DNA of 64,000 nucleotides from Selaginella moellendorffii (GCF_000143415.4 NW_003314332.1:310001-374000), one strand, 5' to 3'; shown: positions 23,795-37,700, counted from the stretch's first letter. Translations and numbers: made by a program. The notes: generated by a model from the letters alone, not told the origin.

Positions 23795-24118
23795 TTTTTT
23801 GTTTAAGTGCTTCATAAGCATGTTAAGCAACACTGATAAAAAACACACCACCATCAACAAATTGTAACAATTGTGCCAAAGCTCTAAATCTATATTTTCC
23901 TATGCATTTGAGTTTTAGATGGTCTCTATTAATATTTCATGGGATAATGCATAACACTAAAAATAGATTTTTTAGTTTTAAACCAAATGTTGTTTCATAT
24001 TTTTCTTAACCAAGTTAAACTTTATATCACTATACACTTTAGCCAATATTCTACTTTAGCTTGTTATATAATATTAATTAAATCTTTTTCTTAATCCCTA
24101 ACCCAAAAAAATACCCAT
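23795..24118 (-). repeat. Right arm of the inverted repeat flanking the Fic pair
   Basis: Reverse complement of ~18358-18690. Confidence 0.75.
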
Positions 24119-25139
24119 CTTAAAATAAACATATTACATAATATTAAATATTTTAAAGTAGTAGATTTAATCTTTTTTTCTTCAGGTCACAGAAACAAGC
24201 TTGCTCCACATGAGAATGCCTTATTCATTGATTACCTCAAGAATGCCTAAGTTATGCTCATTTAAGTTTGATCCTAACAATAAAGAAAATAGCTATCAGA
24301 AAAAAAAAAACTATCTCCTCCCAGTTGATATCTAAGATGAATACTCCAGATAGAAATGCTTGAAGGAGCAGCAACAACAACAGAGTATCATTAGTCAAGA
24401 AAGCAAGAAAAAAAAAATTTTGACTGAAAAATGGCTAAGTATTTATTATGCCATCCCAATGGTGCATGATGTTTTTTAGATTCCAGACTTAACAAAGCAG
24501 CCATGATCATGGTAGTGTGGGATGAAATAAAATATTTTATCTGGAGCTTGTGCTCCATGAAATATGCTAAGCTCCTCTCTTTTCTACTTTGTGTGCGCTA
24601 TATGTTGGAACCAGACAACACTAATTTATATATAATGCAACCCAAGTTTAACAAACTAAAATCTTGACAAAAGCCATAATAATAGTTAAGTTGTTGAATT
24701 GATTGATTGTAGCTCTAGTTCTCCGAAGAGGTGGCAAAATAAAAAACAATGCAAACAATTTCACCACTAATGTGACTTGTGCAAGTGATTATTAAAACTA
24801 TCACTCCCACTGCAAATGTGCACTTTGGAAGTGAATATAAATTTTCTATGGTCTTCTCATTGAGGTCCTTAAATCTTGTGTATTTTGAAAGATTTGTAAT
24901 AATAATAATATCTACTATAAGTACATTGTTTTTATCATGAACTATGGAAATTTTCAATCTAATATCCTTCTATTTTAATAATGTATCATTCTTTGTTACC
25001 ATGTAAGTGAATTTGGAGTTTTATACATTTATCAAGACCAAAATAAATTGAGAAAAAAATAATCTAACTTTTGTTTACCTTAACTTAGAAATAGATATGT
25101 TCAAATTAATAATAACTATAAATATAAACTAATATTATG

Positions 25140-26130
25140 AGGCCCAAGTGTACAACTATGATGCCATATACTAATATTAGCATAGTGGGATTTTGGTAGT
25201 CTTTGGATTGGTTTCAACTTGAACCATTTGCTCCTGTATATAATCTAAAGTTTTTGGGTTAATTAATATACACATTTCTATATTCCATTTTTATATTCAA
25301 TGCTCACATTGGTGGAAGTGAGGGGCAACTTTGATTGTCTTTATGGAGTGCTAGGATTTGGGATTTTGGTTAGATCTAGTTTTTATATTGTCTAGATTTC
25401 CCTTTTCTTATAACTTTTCTCCAACTTTTTTTCTTTTGCTCTCTCCTTTTCGTTCATCTTCATAGCAGAGTAGCAACCTCCTCCTCTTCTGACTCTAGAA
25501 TAGTAGTTGGTGCAATTGCTTGATGCTATGTGGTTACAGTTAAACAATCAAACTCAATTAATAGCAGCATTCATGGCATGTGGTACAGCTCCTTTTGCTC
25601 TTGCTATCAATCCTCGAGTTCGACCAAAATTCTTCCATGGGAATTTTGAAAATGATGTGTATCATTAGTTCGATCAATTTATAGTGATTGTTATATATCA
25701 TTATTGGGATGATGCTTGGCATTGCGTGAATTTTCTACATGTGTTCAAGGGACAGTGCTGCAATGATACAATGGTTTGAGTGCAACCACTTGTAAGAATT
25801 GGAGCATTTTCCTGGATGTTTTCAAATATACATTTAGATATGTTGATGATTGTGATGATGCTTTTTAACAATTGCATTATCTTTATTAAGGACCATTTGA
25901 GTCCGTGATGCAATTTAGCATTTGTTTTCAAAGCCTCTTGCTTCATGCAAAACCAAATATATTAGAGTGGATCAAGTTGAGAATGTCATAGCCTGCACTG
26001 CGTCAAAATCTTGTAAGACTTGTGTATGTACTTGCTCTAGCCACCCTTGACAATGCTCTTTGCTTGGCACAACATTATAAGATGATGCTTTTTCTACTTC
26101 TTGTTGCATGTCTTTCAACTCCACCTCTTG
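25140..26130. repeat. Degenerate dispersed repeat, probably an old DNA transposon
   Basis: Colinear with ~63010-64000 (e.g. tagtagttggtgcaattgctt, tagccacccttga, ttggcacaacattat); shorter copy at ~51070-51230. Confidence 0.65.
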
Positions 26131-27789
26131 TGGAAGATGGTTTTGTTTTAATAGAGGTTGATGTTATTGTTGCTTAAATTCAAGGACAAAAGCAAGGATG
26201 TGATCGTGGCCATGATGTCTATTATTGAGCATATGATGAAGTTAGTCACACTTATTAGTGTTGTCGGTGTTTTCCAAATTAGGGACCTCCATTTCCTAGG
26301 TGAAGACCTTGGCATCAACAATGTCCTATTGGTGTTGCTACAATAGGAAGTCTGGACACGGAGATGCTTCTGCAAAATGAGAAGTCACACGAGTAGCAGA
26401 AAGTCTTTACGCAAATAAGTCAGTAACCCTTTCATCTTTCTTTTGTGAGTGTTTATTTTCCAAGTTTATTTTTATAACAAGAAGTCTCCTATTATTCTCT
26501 CTATGATAGTTGATACAAGCTTGAACTTATCTTCTATTGCTCAGCCTGTTACCACACATTGCTGTTTACATTTGTGTCATGCAGCAAAGCTAGTTTTCAT
26601 TCTATATGGCAACGTCCGTACACATGCATGTGCACAGGATGAGGTAGACTTAGTTGTGTGTATGGGCAATCTTGAGCTTGAGCTGTAATCATTGCAAGTG
26701 GGATTAAGTCAAGCTTTTGACTTCATCCTTGCTATAGATTAGTTACAGCACAATCATGCCACTCGTGAAAATGTGACATATCCCCAATTGAGACGTCAAA
26801 ATGTAAAATACCTTAGTTATAAATGTGAGATTATTATTTGAAAGAATCCGCTCTAGACAGGAATGCTAAAACACCACTAGATTGAGGAGGAAGTATTGAA
26901 AAGCAATTGTAGACGCACTAGCAAATACACTAATTTTCATGTAACGAGTTAAGTAGTTAGAAGCAATAATGACATACTCATTATCAATAATCAATCATGG
27001 AAAAAGCCCTATTAGATCAAACACCACCAACTCAAATGGAAGGGAAATTATAATTAATTCCAACCATCCATCTGCAACACAAGGGGGAATATTACGAGCT
27101 TGGCACCAAATACAACTATGCACATACTAGATAACATCATGTCACATCTTTGGTTAATAGAAAGACCTATGCAACTTTTTGGTCACATGACGATGTCCTA
27201 TATGCCTACCTAGAACAAGATAATCATAGTAAGCATGGAGAAAGTATAGAATAAAGATCGAAGGCACCACTAATTGTAAATGATCATTATAATCCATCCC
27301 TATAAAATAAAGAAGACTATCCTCAAGGTGATATTAAAAATGTAAATGCCGAAATGGTAAGTCATTAGTAAGTAATACAAGATTTTCAAACCTATCATGA
27401 AGCCTTCAAATCCACGACTCAATCTTTTGAGCCTCACAAACCTTATCAAGAGAAGATAAATTTTGCCTTGCACCTTATGAATATTAAACATTAAATAAAA
27501 CAATTACCAATGGTATTGGATTGTTGTTTAAAAAATCCATAAATGTTGGAACAACAGGCTCGTCAGAAACATGAGAAGGAAGTGAAGAAGAAAAAGGATC
27601 TTAAGAAAGAGCATCAACATTAGCCGTAAAACTCCCCGGGTAATGAACAATATCAAAATCATATATTTGAAGCTTCAAAACCTATGAGTAGTATGAGCAA
27701 CCAAGTTTTTCCACTTCAATAATGAAGGAACTATAACATGACCACCTTTTAGTAATATCCGAGAATCATGAAGATATGCATAAAATTTT

Positions 27790-28725
27790 TCAAAACCCTA
27801 AACTCTTGCTAGTAAACATTCATTTTCTATCATGGAGTAGTTCACCTCCATTGGTTGTAATATATGGTTAATATATATAATGGGATGGCACTAATTAGGC
27901 ACACTTGAGCTTTCTTGCATTAGCATACTTCTAAAACTGATATTAAAGCATTTACATGCAAAATGAAAAGTCAAGTATAGTCAAAATATACCAAAACTAA
28001 AGGAGTTGTTAATAACTCTTTGAGATCCATAAACACCCACTCAGTCCACAGATAAGATGAAAGACGATGTTAACGACTTTAATAATGCTTGCAACAGTAT
28101 GGTGCAATAAAAAAGAGGATCAAGAAAACAATCAAGATACTAAACTTTGCCTAGAAAGCGTTACACATCATTTATACACTTCAGAGTAAGAAATTTGAAA
28201 ATAACCACAAATTTGTTAAGATAAACTTGTTAGCCCTCACAAAAAATATGATACCCAAGATAAGTCGTGTTTTTAGACCCAAACAAACATTTTGACCACT
28301 TCAACTTTAAACTAACTTTCTGTAATAAATCCAACACCTTTCAAATATCACAAATGTGTTCCTCATATATCCCCTCTAAGTGGATCAAAATATCATCAAT
28401 AAAGTTAGCAATAACTTTTGGAATATTATAAATAAAAAAACCTTGTCTATCATTTGTTGAAACGTTGATGGAGTATTGTGCAAACTAAATGGCATCACCT
28501 AGGACTTGTACAAACCAAATGGTGTATAAAAAACAGTTTTAGGAATATTTTCTTCGACCATTAGCACTTGTCGGTACCTAAAAGCAAAATCTAACTTGGT
28601 GAACTAACAAATTCTCCCTAGACAATCCAAAAGTTCTACAATATGAGGAAGAGGGACACATTTGGGATTGTCACTTCATTTAACGGACGATAATCGATTA
28701 CAAAAATAAATATTCCTATCAAACT
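27790..28725 (-). pseudogene. Highly decayed Gypsy RT-RNase H relic
   Basis: Manual translation: KLDFAFRYRQV..KTVFYTPFGLYKS*VMPFSL..FIDDILI..KCLFG..YLGY, then HPIIY..NYSMIENECL. Confidence 0.7.
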
Positions 28726-31700
28726 TGTTGCGAATGTGACTTCAGGTATCGAAAGTTACCTGTCGGCCAGTCCTTATGGACACTCTTACCTTATTGCCAC
28801 AATGGCAGGAGGTCAGTATTGCTGGACCCTTTATTAGTCCCTCTTGTTCAAGTGTTAGTAAACTAGACTTTGCATCTGTACTTGGCCGGATGAGCATAAG
28901 GAAGGAATTCCTAAATGTCTATTTAGCTGAGCATACTTAGCTCGGCTTGTTAGTTCTCTTTTGCTCTGTCTTGCACTGGCTTGACAAAAACTCTTGCGTA
29001 TTGAGATTAGTCCCTCAATATTGCTACATGATAGCTTACCATGTCTGCCAAACACCCTCACTATTTGTGTTAGTCTCATTTTGGGCCAAAATGCTATTTA
29101 TGGAAAGTGTCCAGATTTGCTCATTTGGCATATCTATAGAATGTAGAGATCGGCCTGAACACGATGGTGTTCGTCCCATGTCTAAATTCACAATCTAAGG
29201 ACATTCCATATTTAGTAAGTTTTGAGCTTGTCCCAGAGACTAATTCCTGATACTAAGGGAGGCTTGGGGTGAAAGCCCAAAGCGTGTGTTCCTCACAGGG
29301 GGGGGGGGGGGAGGGCTATGGGGGGTTCCAAATGTATAGTAAGGATAGTGGGTAGGTCGGGCATGGCCGATCAACCTGAGGCATAGTCTAGCTCCCCCTT
29401 GCGTGCCTGTCCTTGTTCTGCATCCGGCTTGGGTCTAAGCCCAAGTTCCATTCCATGCTAGCTGGTGGAGTACCCATATCCTCACGTTAGGCCACCAGTA
29501 TGCCGAAATAGCACCAGACTCTGTTTAGCTCTGTTTTGCGTGCTAGTCTTGGTATTGGGATGCTGGTTGCTCCAGGACTGTTCCAAGTCACTCCGGGCTC
29601 TTGTCCCTTCGCTCCTTGGGCTATATGCTCGGGAGTTGCTCCATGGTCTGGTTCCATCACTCTTTGGCTTCATGCTTGGGAGTTTGGCACCGTTCCTTTG
29701 TTCAGTGGCCCAAGGCCCTGAACCTTGGGTTCCACACCATGTTCCTTTGGACACGTGGCATGTGACATGTGGCATCTGTCACGTGGCACAAAGAGGGTTT
29801 AGGTTCCGCTTCGTGGTGTTTTCCTATGGTAAATCACCATAGAATAAAAGGTAAAAACCACATGCGCTACATTTGGTATCAGAGGATGAGTCTCAGTGAG
29901 TACTATTCAATGAGATTGGGCAACTAGTCTCGTTGCATACACAGAGATGAAAACGATGATCCGAGTGGGTACACGTTTGGGTGCAAAGGCTTCGCAATCA
30001 TTCTTTGGGTATGGATTTGATTACCTTTTGTTCTAGATTATATGAGCTTTCGCTTGGGCTCATAAGTTGGATATAAGTTGTTCCGATAGCATGAGTTTGC
30101 ACTTGGGCTCGTGAGTGAGGCACATTAGCAACTCAAAGATATACTTTGAGTTAGCAAGATTAATGTAAGCCTATCGATGGTTCCATGAGTTGTTCCGTTG
30201 GTTCCATGAGTTGTTCCATGTACCGTGGGTGAAAGTAAACTTTCCCTGAGTTTGCTATGAGTTGCAAATAGGCTAGTTCGTAGTTGTTTAGCACGACACT
30301 AGTGGATCCTTCCTAGGCAAGACTACAAATGGATCAATCAAGACTGGAGGGATTAGTCTATTGATTCAAGTAGTTATTGCCGTGCTCTCTCATAAAATAT
30401 TTCTTGGATTGGACTGAAGGCAGTGCGAAAGCAAGCTTGAGGTTTAGTCAAAGATGAGACCGAAAAGAGAGTCGTCAGGGATGAAGGATCAAACACATAA
30501 ATCATTTTCTTTTCTTGGAGAGATGATTCACAATGAGGTGCTAACTCATTGCTCGTGTTCGCATCATGCAATCAAGAGTCCCTACCTTGATCCATATTGG
30601 ACATGATAGTCTTACAAATAGCGAGTTGTGAGATGGATAGCGGTGAAACGCTAAACCATTTTGTCTAAGCTTGCTATTGGAAGACTTGGGTTGCAATACT
30701 CAATTCTTTTCCAGGGAAACTTGCTATTGCTCCTTGAGTAGCTTGGTGTTAGATTAGTTTTGAGTTTGGTTAGAAAGAGAGTGGCATGAGCTTGTCTGTG
30801 TTGCGAACAAAAGTTAGTGGTGTCGGGTGTTGTAAATCTCTATTGGTGGGGTGTGGCATTTATATTGCATTTTGTCGAATCGAGTTGACACTTGATATTC
30901 ACATAAACCTTTGAAGTAATGACATGGGCACTGCTCATAGTGTTGCTTGATTAATGATCAAGTCATTGTGATACTTATATCATATCCATGTGATAGTGAG
31001 CAATGTGTTTACGAAGTTGCTTGGTTAAACGATGGTCAACCCCAAAGTGGTTGATGGAGAAGCTAGTCTATTTGCATGAAGTAACATTGTAGTAACTTTG
31101 ACTGAATTCTCAATGGTGGTCCATTATAATAAGCTTAAGTTGGTACTTTATTCCTTGAGTTTGCCCATTAAGGTGTTGGAAAAGGGTTGTAGCATTCATT
31201 TGCTATAGCTCGTCAGTTGATCCGTTAGCACTTGGAGTAGATTGTTGGATGGAGAAAATGTGTAGTTGGGGCATTGACATCACTAGCACTTGTGTTAGTG
31301 GAAGTGATATTGTTATTTCAAGTGATAAGGAATTTTCCTTGGACCATGATTTTCCATGTCATTTTTCTTGTTAGTGTTTTGGCTTCACATTAGATCTTGA
31401 AGGTGATTGAAGAAAAGTGTTAGTGTAATGTGGATATCCGAAGATGTGGTCTTCGTGATCAAGCCTTAGGTGTTCACTTTGCATTTTGCAGATGTCGGTG
31501 TTAGATATCGGTTAGATAGGCAGAGATGTTCGAGGCTTAAGCATACTATGGGTCATGAGAATTTGTGTTGAGGTGAACTTATGTGAAGTTGTTGGTAGGA
31601 GGAAGTTGGTTGAGTCTTGAAAGTTTGCATTACTAGACTGAGAGTTATTCTTTCTCTAGGATAGAAAATTTTCCACAAATTTTCTCAGGCTTTTCCAATG

Positions 31701-33486
31701 GCTGATCTGTCGATCATTTTGCCCGAAAACCATTCCGTTTTCGTAAGCCAATACAAACTAGTGAAGGGGTTGGAGTTGACTTTGGTTAACTTAGACCTTA
31801 GTAGGTAATTTGTATGATACGGCCCGAAAGGGATGCTGACTTTTGAAGCTAAGGTAATTGAGTTGGATAGAGTCTGGAGTTAGTGTAGAAAAGTAACCGT
31901 TGCGCTTTTCTAAGAAAGGTGACCCTTGTGCCTTTCTTCTATAGCATTATGCTTGGTGGTAGTTTGCACCATGCATTTCGTTAGACTCTATGAGAGTAGT
32001 GAACTCTCACTGATCTTGACTTGGTCTTGGTGGCCTTGCGCCTTGGCTGAGGATGGTGATGTCCAACTTAGTTGTTTGGTTGAGATGTTAGTACCCATAC
32101 TATAGCTTTATCTATGAGGAGGTTGTTTACCGATATGAGTCCATCTCTTGGTCTTCACTTTAGTTTCCACTGAGTGTTGATCATGCATAGCTAGCCTCTT
32201 CAAGGCATGCTCAGAGCTATTGACTAGATATGTTGGTGAGCTTATCGCTATTGAGTTGGATTCAAGTGGTCATTTAGTTCATGCTTGTCCATGAACTTTT
32301 ATCTCATGTCTGAGGTATTATGTGCATGCTAGACAAGTATATGACTTGATGATGTAAGTTGAGTGTAGGGTCTAAGGAGGGCAAGTTACAGAGTGATTGT
32401 TAGTTGCTTTGCAACTAATGATTGCTTATAGACTTTATTGAGGACTGTTGACACTTCCTTCACTTGATGAAGATTTAGCAGTGGTGGGCTTGCTTTACTG
32501 GATGGTGTTGCGGAGGATCGTGTTGTTAAACTTACATGGGTTTTCCATGTTGGCATGTCAACTCTACCTCTGTCGATATCATTTGGATATGTTTAGTCCA
32601 TGGTGTTAGATTTCATTGAGCCTTGAATGTGGTGAATCACTCCTTGAGGAAGTGTTATCTGTAACTAAGTTTTGCTAAAGGGTTGGTCTCAAATATTGAC
32701 TTAAGTATCTTTGACTTTAGTTAGTTTGGTTGCTAAAAAGTTTTAGGTGGTGATTCACTCTAGTTTTCTTCTAGTTTTGTTATGGTGTTGATGACATTAA
32801 AGTGATGCCTTGTCATTGATATTGTTGATGTTGAGATTCGAGTGAAATGAGATATCCTTCCAAGGATTGATATTAAGTTTCATTAGTCTTGATGAAAATA
32901 GTGTTGATGATTTGGCTTTAGCTTTGTGTTGTTCACATTTATACATTTGCTAGTTAGCAAGTATATTGACGTTCAAACGAACTGAGTGGCAAGTTGAGTT
33001 AGTTGTGTTCTAGACGAGATTATTTAGTAAGGGTTGAGCTTTAAGCTTGTCCTTGAAAAGTGATTCAATCGTGGACTATGCTAACTCTACAAGCGAAAGA
33101 GTTAATGATTGATATTGAAAAGTTTGAATCCTTATTGGGTTTGAATTGGAATATATTGATCATTGATGATTCCCCTTGTGCTTGTTACGATGTGAGCTAC
33201 GTCTTGCTATAAATGGATTCATGGAGGATCGATTAGATAATCACTTGTTAAGCATAACTTCGTTACGCTTGGCTTTTGGATTGATGCAGAAATGCTCTTC
33301 ATTAGCTTTAGCATTATGAAGTTTAGCTTATGGATGTGTTGAGGAAGATATTATGGGTTGCACTATGATTTTTTCTTTAGCATTGAAGTTAGCTTCTATG
33401 AGACTCGTGATTATTAATAGGCAAGATTTGGCTATAGGCTTCTTCGAGCTTTTGGTTCCTTGAATTTTATGCTCATAGTTCCATTT
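28726..33486 (+). mobile_element. Family-C LARD-like element: 5' LTR 28726-29871, PBS 29874-29885, non-coding internal region cut by a TRIM
   Basis: TG...CA LTR of ~1146 bp followed by TGGTATCAGAGG; no substantial ORF in the ~3.6-kb internal region. Confidence 0.85.
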
Positions 33487-34159
33487 TGTAGCACACCTTA
33501 TCTCTCTCCCCTTAAGCCAACTAGAAAAGGGGCAATTGCTTGATGAGAGAGCCCTTAGTGGCTATTTTATCCCTATTTATTCCCCAAGGTTCCAAGGATC
33601 CATGGTGACAGTATACCCAAATCTCATCCCATGATCACATGCACTACACTCACCCCCCCTTCAGAGATGTCAATGTCCTCATTGACTATTGACTAACAAC
33701 CCCTACTGAGCCAAGGGGAACCAGCACCTTCATTTTCACACTAAATTTACCAATCCTTCCATTGTGTAGACCAGCTATTCCATGTGAGGCAACTAGTCAT
33801 CCATCTGTACCGCAGTCCCATGGTGGATACCTTCGTCTATGGATACTCCACACAAGAGGAAGGACGTACGCATGGATACCCAATACATATGATTTCAAAT
33901 TTAAGGGTAGGAATATACCTTGCTCAAGGGTATATTATATTTTAAGTAGCCACTAATCAATGGGAATCGAACCCGTGCCATTTGCTCCGATACCAACTGT
34001 AGCGCACCTTATCTCTCTCCCCTTAAGCCAACTAGAAAAGGGGCAATTGCTTGATGAGAGAGCCCTTAGTGGCTATTTTATCCCCATTTATCCCCCATGG
34101 TTCCAAGGATCCACGGTGACAGTATATCTAAATCTCATCCCATGATCACATGCGCTACA
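33487..34159 (-). mobile_element. Second TRIM family, 673 bp: LTRs 33487-33648 and 33998-34159 (162 bp each)
   Basis: TGTAGC...CTACA termini, PBS TGGTATCGGAGC at 33984-33995, PPT GAAGGGGGGGTGAG at 33649-33662, no ORF, no TSD. Confidence 0.9.
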
Positions 34160-34740
34160 ATACCTAAAGAATGGTTGGTTGTTAATGGGGTTGTGCTCAC
34201 CTTGGATGAAATTGAAAACCTTGAGAAATTTGGTTTCAATCTTGAGAAGAAAGTTGAAGATATGAGTGATAAAACCAAGATTATTATACACAGGAGGCTA
34301 ACAAGAAATTATAAAGCAATTAAATTTATTGATACTATCTCCAAGTAGAAACAGAGTAAAATAAGCTTGGCTCAAATGCTTAAATATAAGATTCTCCCCA
34401 TAAAGTACATCATTGCACTTGCAAAAAAGTACATAGTAAAAACAAAAGTTGGAAAGTACACAATTGTTATTCAAAACTTTTCTTTTTGCAATGTCTAAAC
34501 TTTACAAAGCGTGAGGAATATAGGAAGGTATATACTCCTTGCAAGCATATGTACTACATTTTTATACACACCTTACACCAAGATTCTAAACTGGAGATTC
34601 ATATACAATAAGAAAACTTTACTATTTTTGAATTGTAGAAGACTTTTAGAGTTAACTAGATTTGCTAAAACTACCAATGTTTATTCTCTATCAATAATAT
34701 AAATTTATTAGACTTTATATAATTAATAATTAAATATTTT
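34160..34740 (+). mobile_element. Diverged fragment of the 3' end of the MULE gene
   Basis: Homologous to the reverse complement of ~40690-41277 (PKEW.V.NG..DEIENLEK.GF). Confidence 0.75.
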
Positions 34741-34791
34741 TTTAATTTCATATACTTGTGTGTGTTTTTTTCAAAATACTCCCCATAGTAC

Positions 34792-37700
34792 TGTAAGCCA
34801 CAAATTTTTTCTTTCCAATTTGCCAGCTTACCTCGTCTATCTGACCAACACTGCCTTGGCTTTTGCTAAGTTCTCTCGCTAAGGTTCCCGCCTATGGTAC
34901 CAGCTCCTACTTGGTCGTACTTGGTCTTAGCTACTCACTACACAAGCAACGGAGCGTTAGCCATCCATCCACGGATTCCCAAATCTCTCCCAATGCCCCT
35001 CTCTAGGTTAGACTGGACTTAAGGTTCAGCTACACTCCCCGCAGGCACAAACAGCCAAACACATCAAGCCTCCAAGTTCGTAACATCCCTTGGTACAACA
35101 AGACTTGATCATGGGACCCTCTAAATCCCAAGCCTTGGGTGCAACACTTGCTTCGGGACACTGGGGCAAAACACCATGGCCTAATGGCCCGGTATGGGTA
35201 CCTCTACCCCCCCACTTCTATCCCAAAGGGAAGGCCCAAGCCCCTAGGAAGGGTGAGGACCAATGAGCCATTAGGTACTCAAGTGGGGCACCACTCCACT
35301 TGAGCCGGGACCACCGCAGTCGGTTTCCCTTTCGGGAGTGGGAGCTGCTCTTGAGCACTTCCTTGGGTAGCCCCTCCGGCACCACCTAAGTCCATGCTCA
35401 CTCCCAACTCCCACCCAAGGCCCCTTGGCCCCAATCTCAACCTCAAGTTCGTTTGGAAGCACTGTTGGAGAGTTCCTTCAAGACTGGTTCCTAGACCTCA
35501 CTATCCCTACTATACTTTTAGAACCCCCTGCATCCCCCCCCCCCCCTCGGGAGACGCACGCTTTGGGCTTTCACCTCTTGAACCCCTTGACCTGTATTAG
35601 TACTCGGTCTCGGACTCGATCTTGGACTTGATCTCAGACCCGACTTCGGATTTGGTCTCGGACTCGATCTCGGACTCGATCTCAGACCCAATCTCGGACT
35701 TGACTTCGGACTCAACCTCGGACTCGGTCTCGGACCCGATCTCGGATCTTGGACTCTGTCTCGAACTCAGTCTCTAAGTCGGCCTCGAACTCGATTCCGG
35801 ACTCTATCTCGAACTCGGTCTCAGAGTCGGTCTTGGACTCGATCTCAGACTCGGTCCCATTCGATAAACTCTTTGTCATTTTGGTCATGCTTTCAGGGAT
35901 CCTTTAGCCTACAACACCTTGGGGAGTTGGTTTTTTACAACTCCACCACCCATAGAAGAAGTTTGATGCCCACATTGAATGTCTCTTTTTATCCTACGAC
36001 TTGTTGACCATGTCTCCGGGGGCATCCCCCCACTTAGTAGTGTGCCTAAGTTAGCCTCCCCAGCTAAGAGCCCATGACAACGGAATATAGGTGTCCCTAT
36101 ACCCCTCACCTCACCACGCCCTAGTATGGGGCCAGGACTTGAACCTAGCCTTGCTTTACTAGGGGGTTGGGACTCGAACCCAACCTCCATAGAATACGTC
36201 TACGGATTTGACATCCCCGTGGGGAGTCGAGTGTAGTTCCCTACGCCTGGTCAACCTAGCTAACCCATGCTAATTAGCTTACCTTTGGCGCGCCTTTGGG
36301 TCCCAACATATACCATTGCTCAACTTTACAAATTGATATTTTAATTGAACTTTGCATAAGTACATAGAGTTCTGCCTTGTAGAAATTCCTCCACTAGATC
36401 TCGCGCTTCTCCTCCGGTTCCCATGTTGCTTCGCAGTGTGAAAATCCTTTTCACTTCACATGGAACTCTCTCACCTCGCGTCTTTGTCACTTGCTCTTGC
36501 GCGCATTGAGGATGGCCTCGACTTCATATTCCTCTTCCCCTTGGATAACCTCGGGTAAAGGTCTTACTTGGTCCTTGAGAAGCGGATCCTCAAAGTACGG
36601 CTTGAGTAAGTTCATGTGAAACACTGGGTGCATCTTCCCCATCTTTCGAGAAAGTCGGAGACAGTAAGCCACTTTACCGATTCGTGCCTCAATCTCGTAA
36701 GGCCCTGCAAACCTGCTTAAAGAACTCAAGATCAATTCATTTACAGGAATACATGCATTTTTACCTTTGGGTCAACTTTTGGCTGATCCCACTTGGTAGC
36801 CTGAGGTTCTTGGTGTTCAGCCACACCTTCTCCCCAGGTTGGAACTCTACATCCCGGCGCTTTTGGTTCATGTACTTGGTTTGCCTTTGTTAAGCCCGTT
36901 CCAAGGAATCCCTCACGAGATTCCAAATGTTGAGTCTTTCCGCTGTGAATGCCTCCACTACGGGTAACTCTCCATGATACTCGGCCATGCCAAGTTCCAC
37001 AGGACTTTCAATAGCTCGCCCATTGATGACTTCCCATGGACTCACTCCGATACTTGAATGTGGTGAGCTATTATAACACATTTCGCAAGTCCCATTATCC
37101 AATCGGTCTGGTCTCTCGAGAAGTGTTAGTGCTATCAAACTTGACTTACTACCCAATACCTGTCTATGGGTGATAGGCTGTGTTGAATTTCAACTTGGTG
37201 CGATACTGTTCCAGGAGAGTTCTCCAAAACCTACTGATGGAGATCTTATCTCAATCTGAGATAATCTCTTCTGGCCTTCCCTGCATTCAAACCACTTGTT
37301 CAAAGAATAGCTTCGCCACACCTTCCGCATCCACTTCCGTTGTGGTGGGTATGAAATGTGCCATCTTTGAAAATCGGTCCACCACCACAAATATTGCATC
37401 GAACCCCTCGCTTGGGAGGAGTCCCGTAATGAAGTCCATCGTAAGACATTTCCACGGACGATTTGGAATTGGGATGCTATGTAACAAGCCCCCACTCGCT
37501 TTAGTCACAGCTTTGACATACTGACATGTTGGACATATCTTTACATAGTCTTGGACGTCTTTAGTTATATCTGGTTAGTGATACTTCCTCTTGAGTAAGC
37601 CCATTGTTTTGGGCACTCCACCGTGTCTTGCAAAAGGTCCATCATGACACTCTTCTAAGGCTACCTTCCTTAGTTCCCCTTTTGGAACATACACCCATGT

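Noticed and set aside
29465-29842. Recurrent 60-125 aa ORFs (also 11857-12134, 49139-49411, 50450-50827)
   Set aside because: They recur only because they lie in the repeated family-C LTR; frames are not consistently preserved and there are no motifs
33960-33980. tRNA gene (also 36162-36186 and 52268-52283)
   Set aside because: Only a B-box or T-arm is present; no cloverleaf could be built
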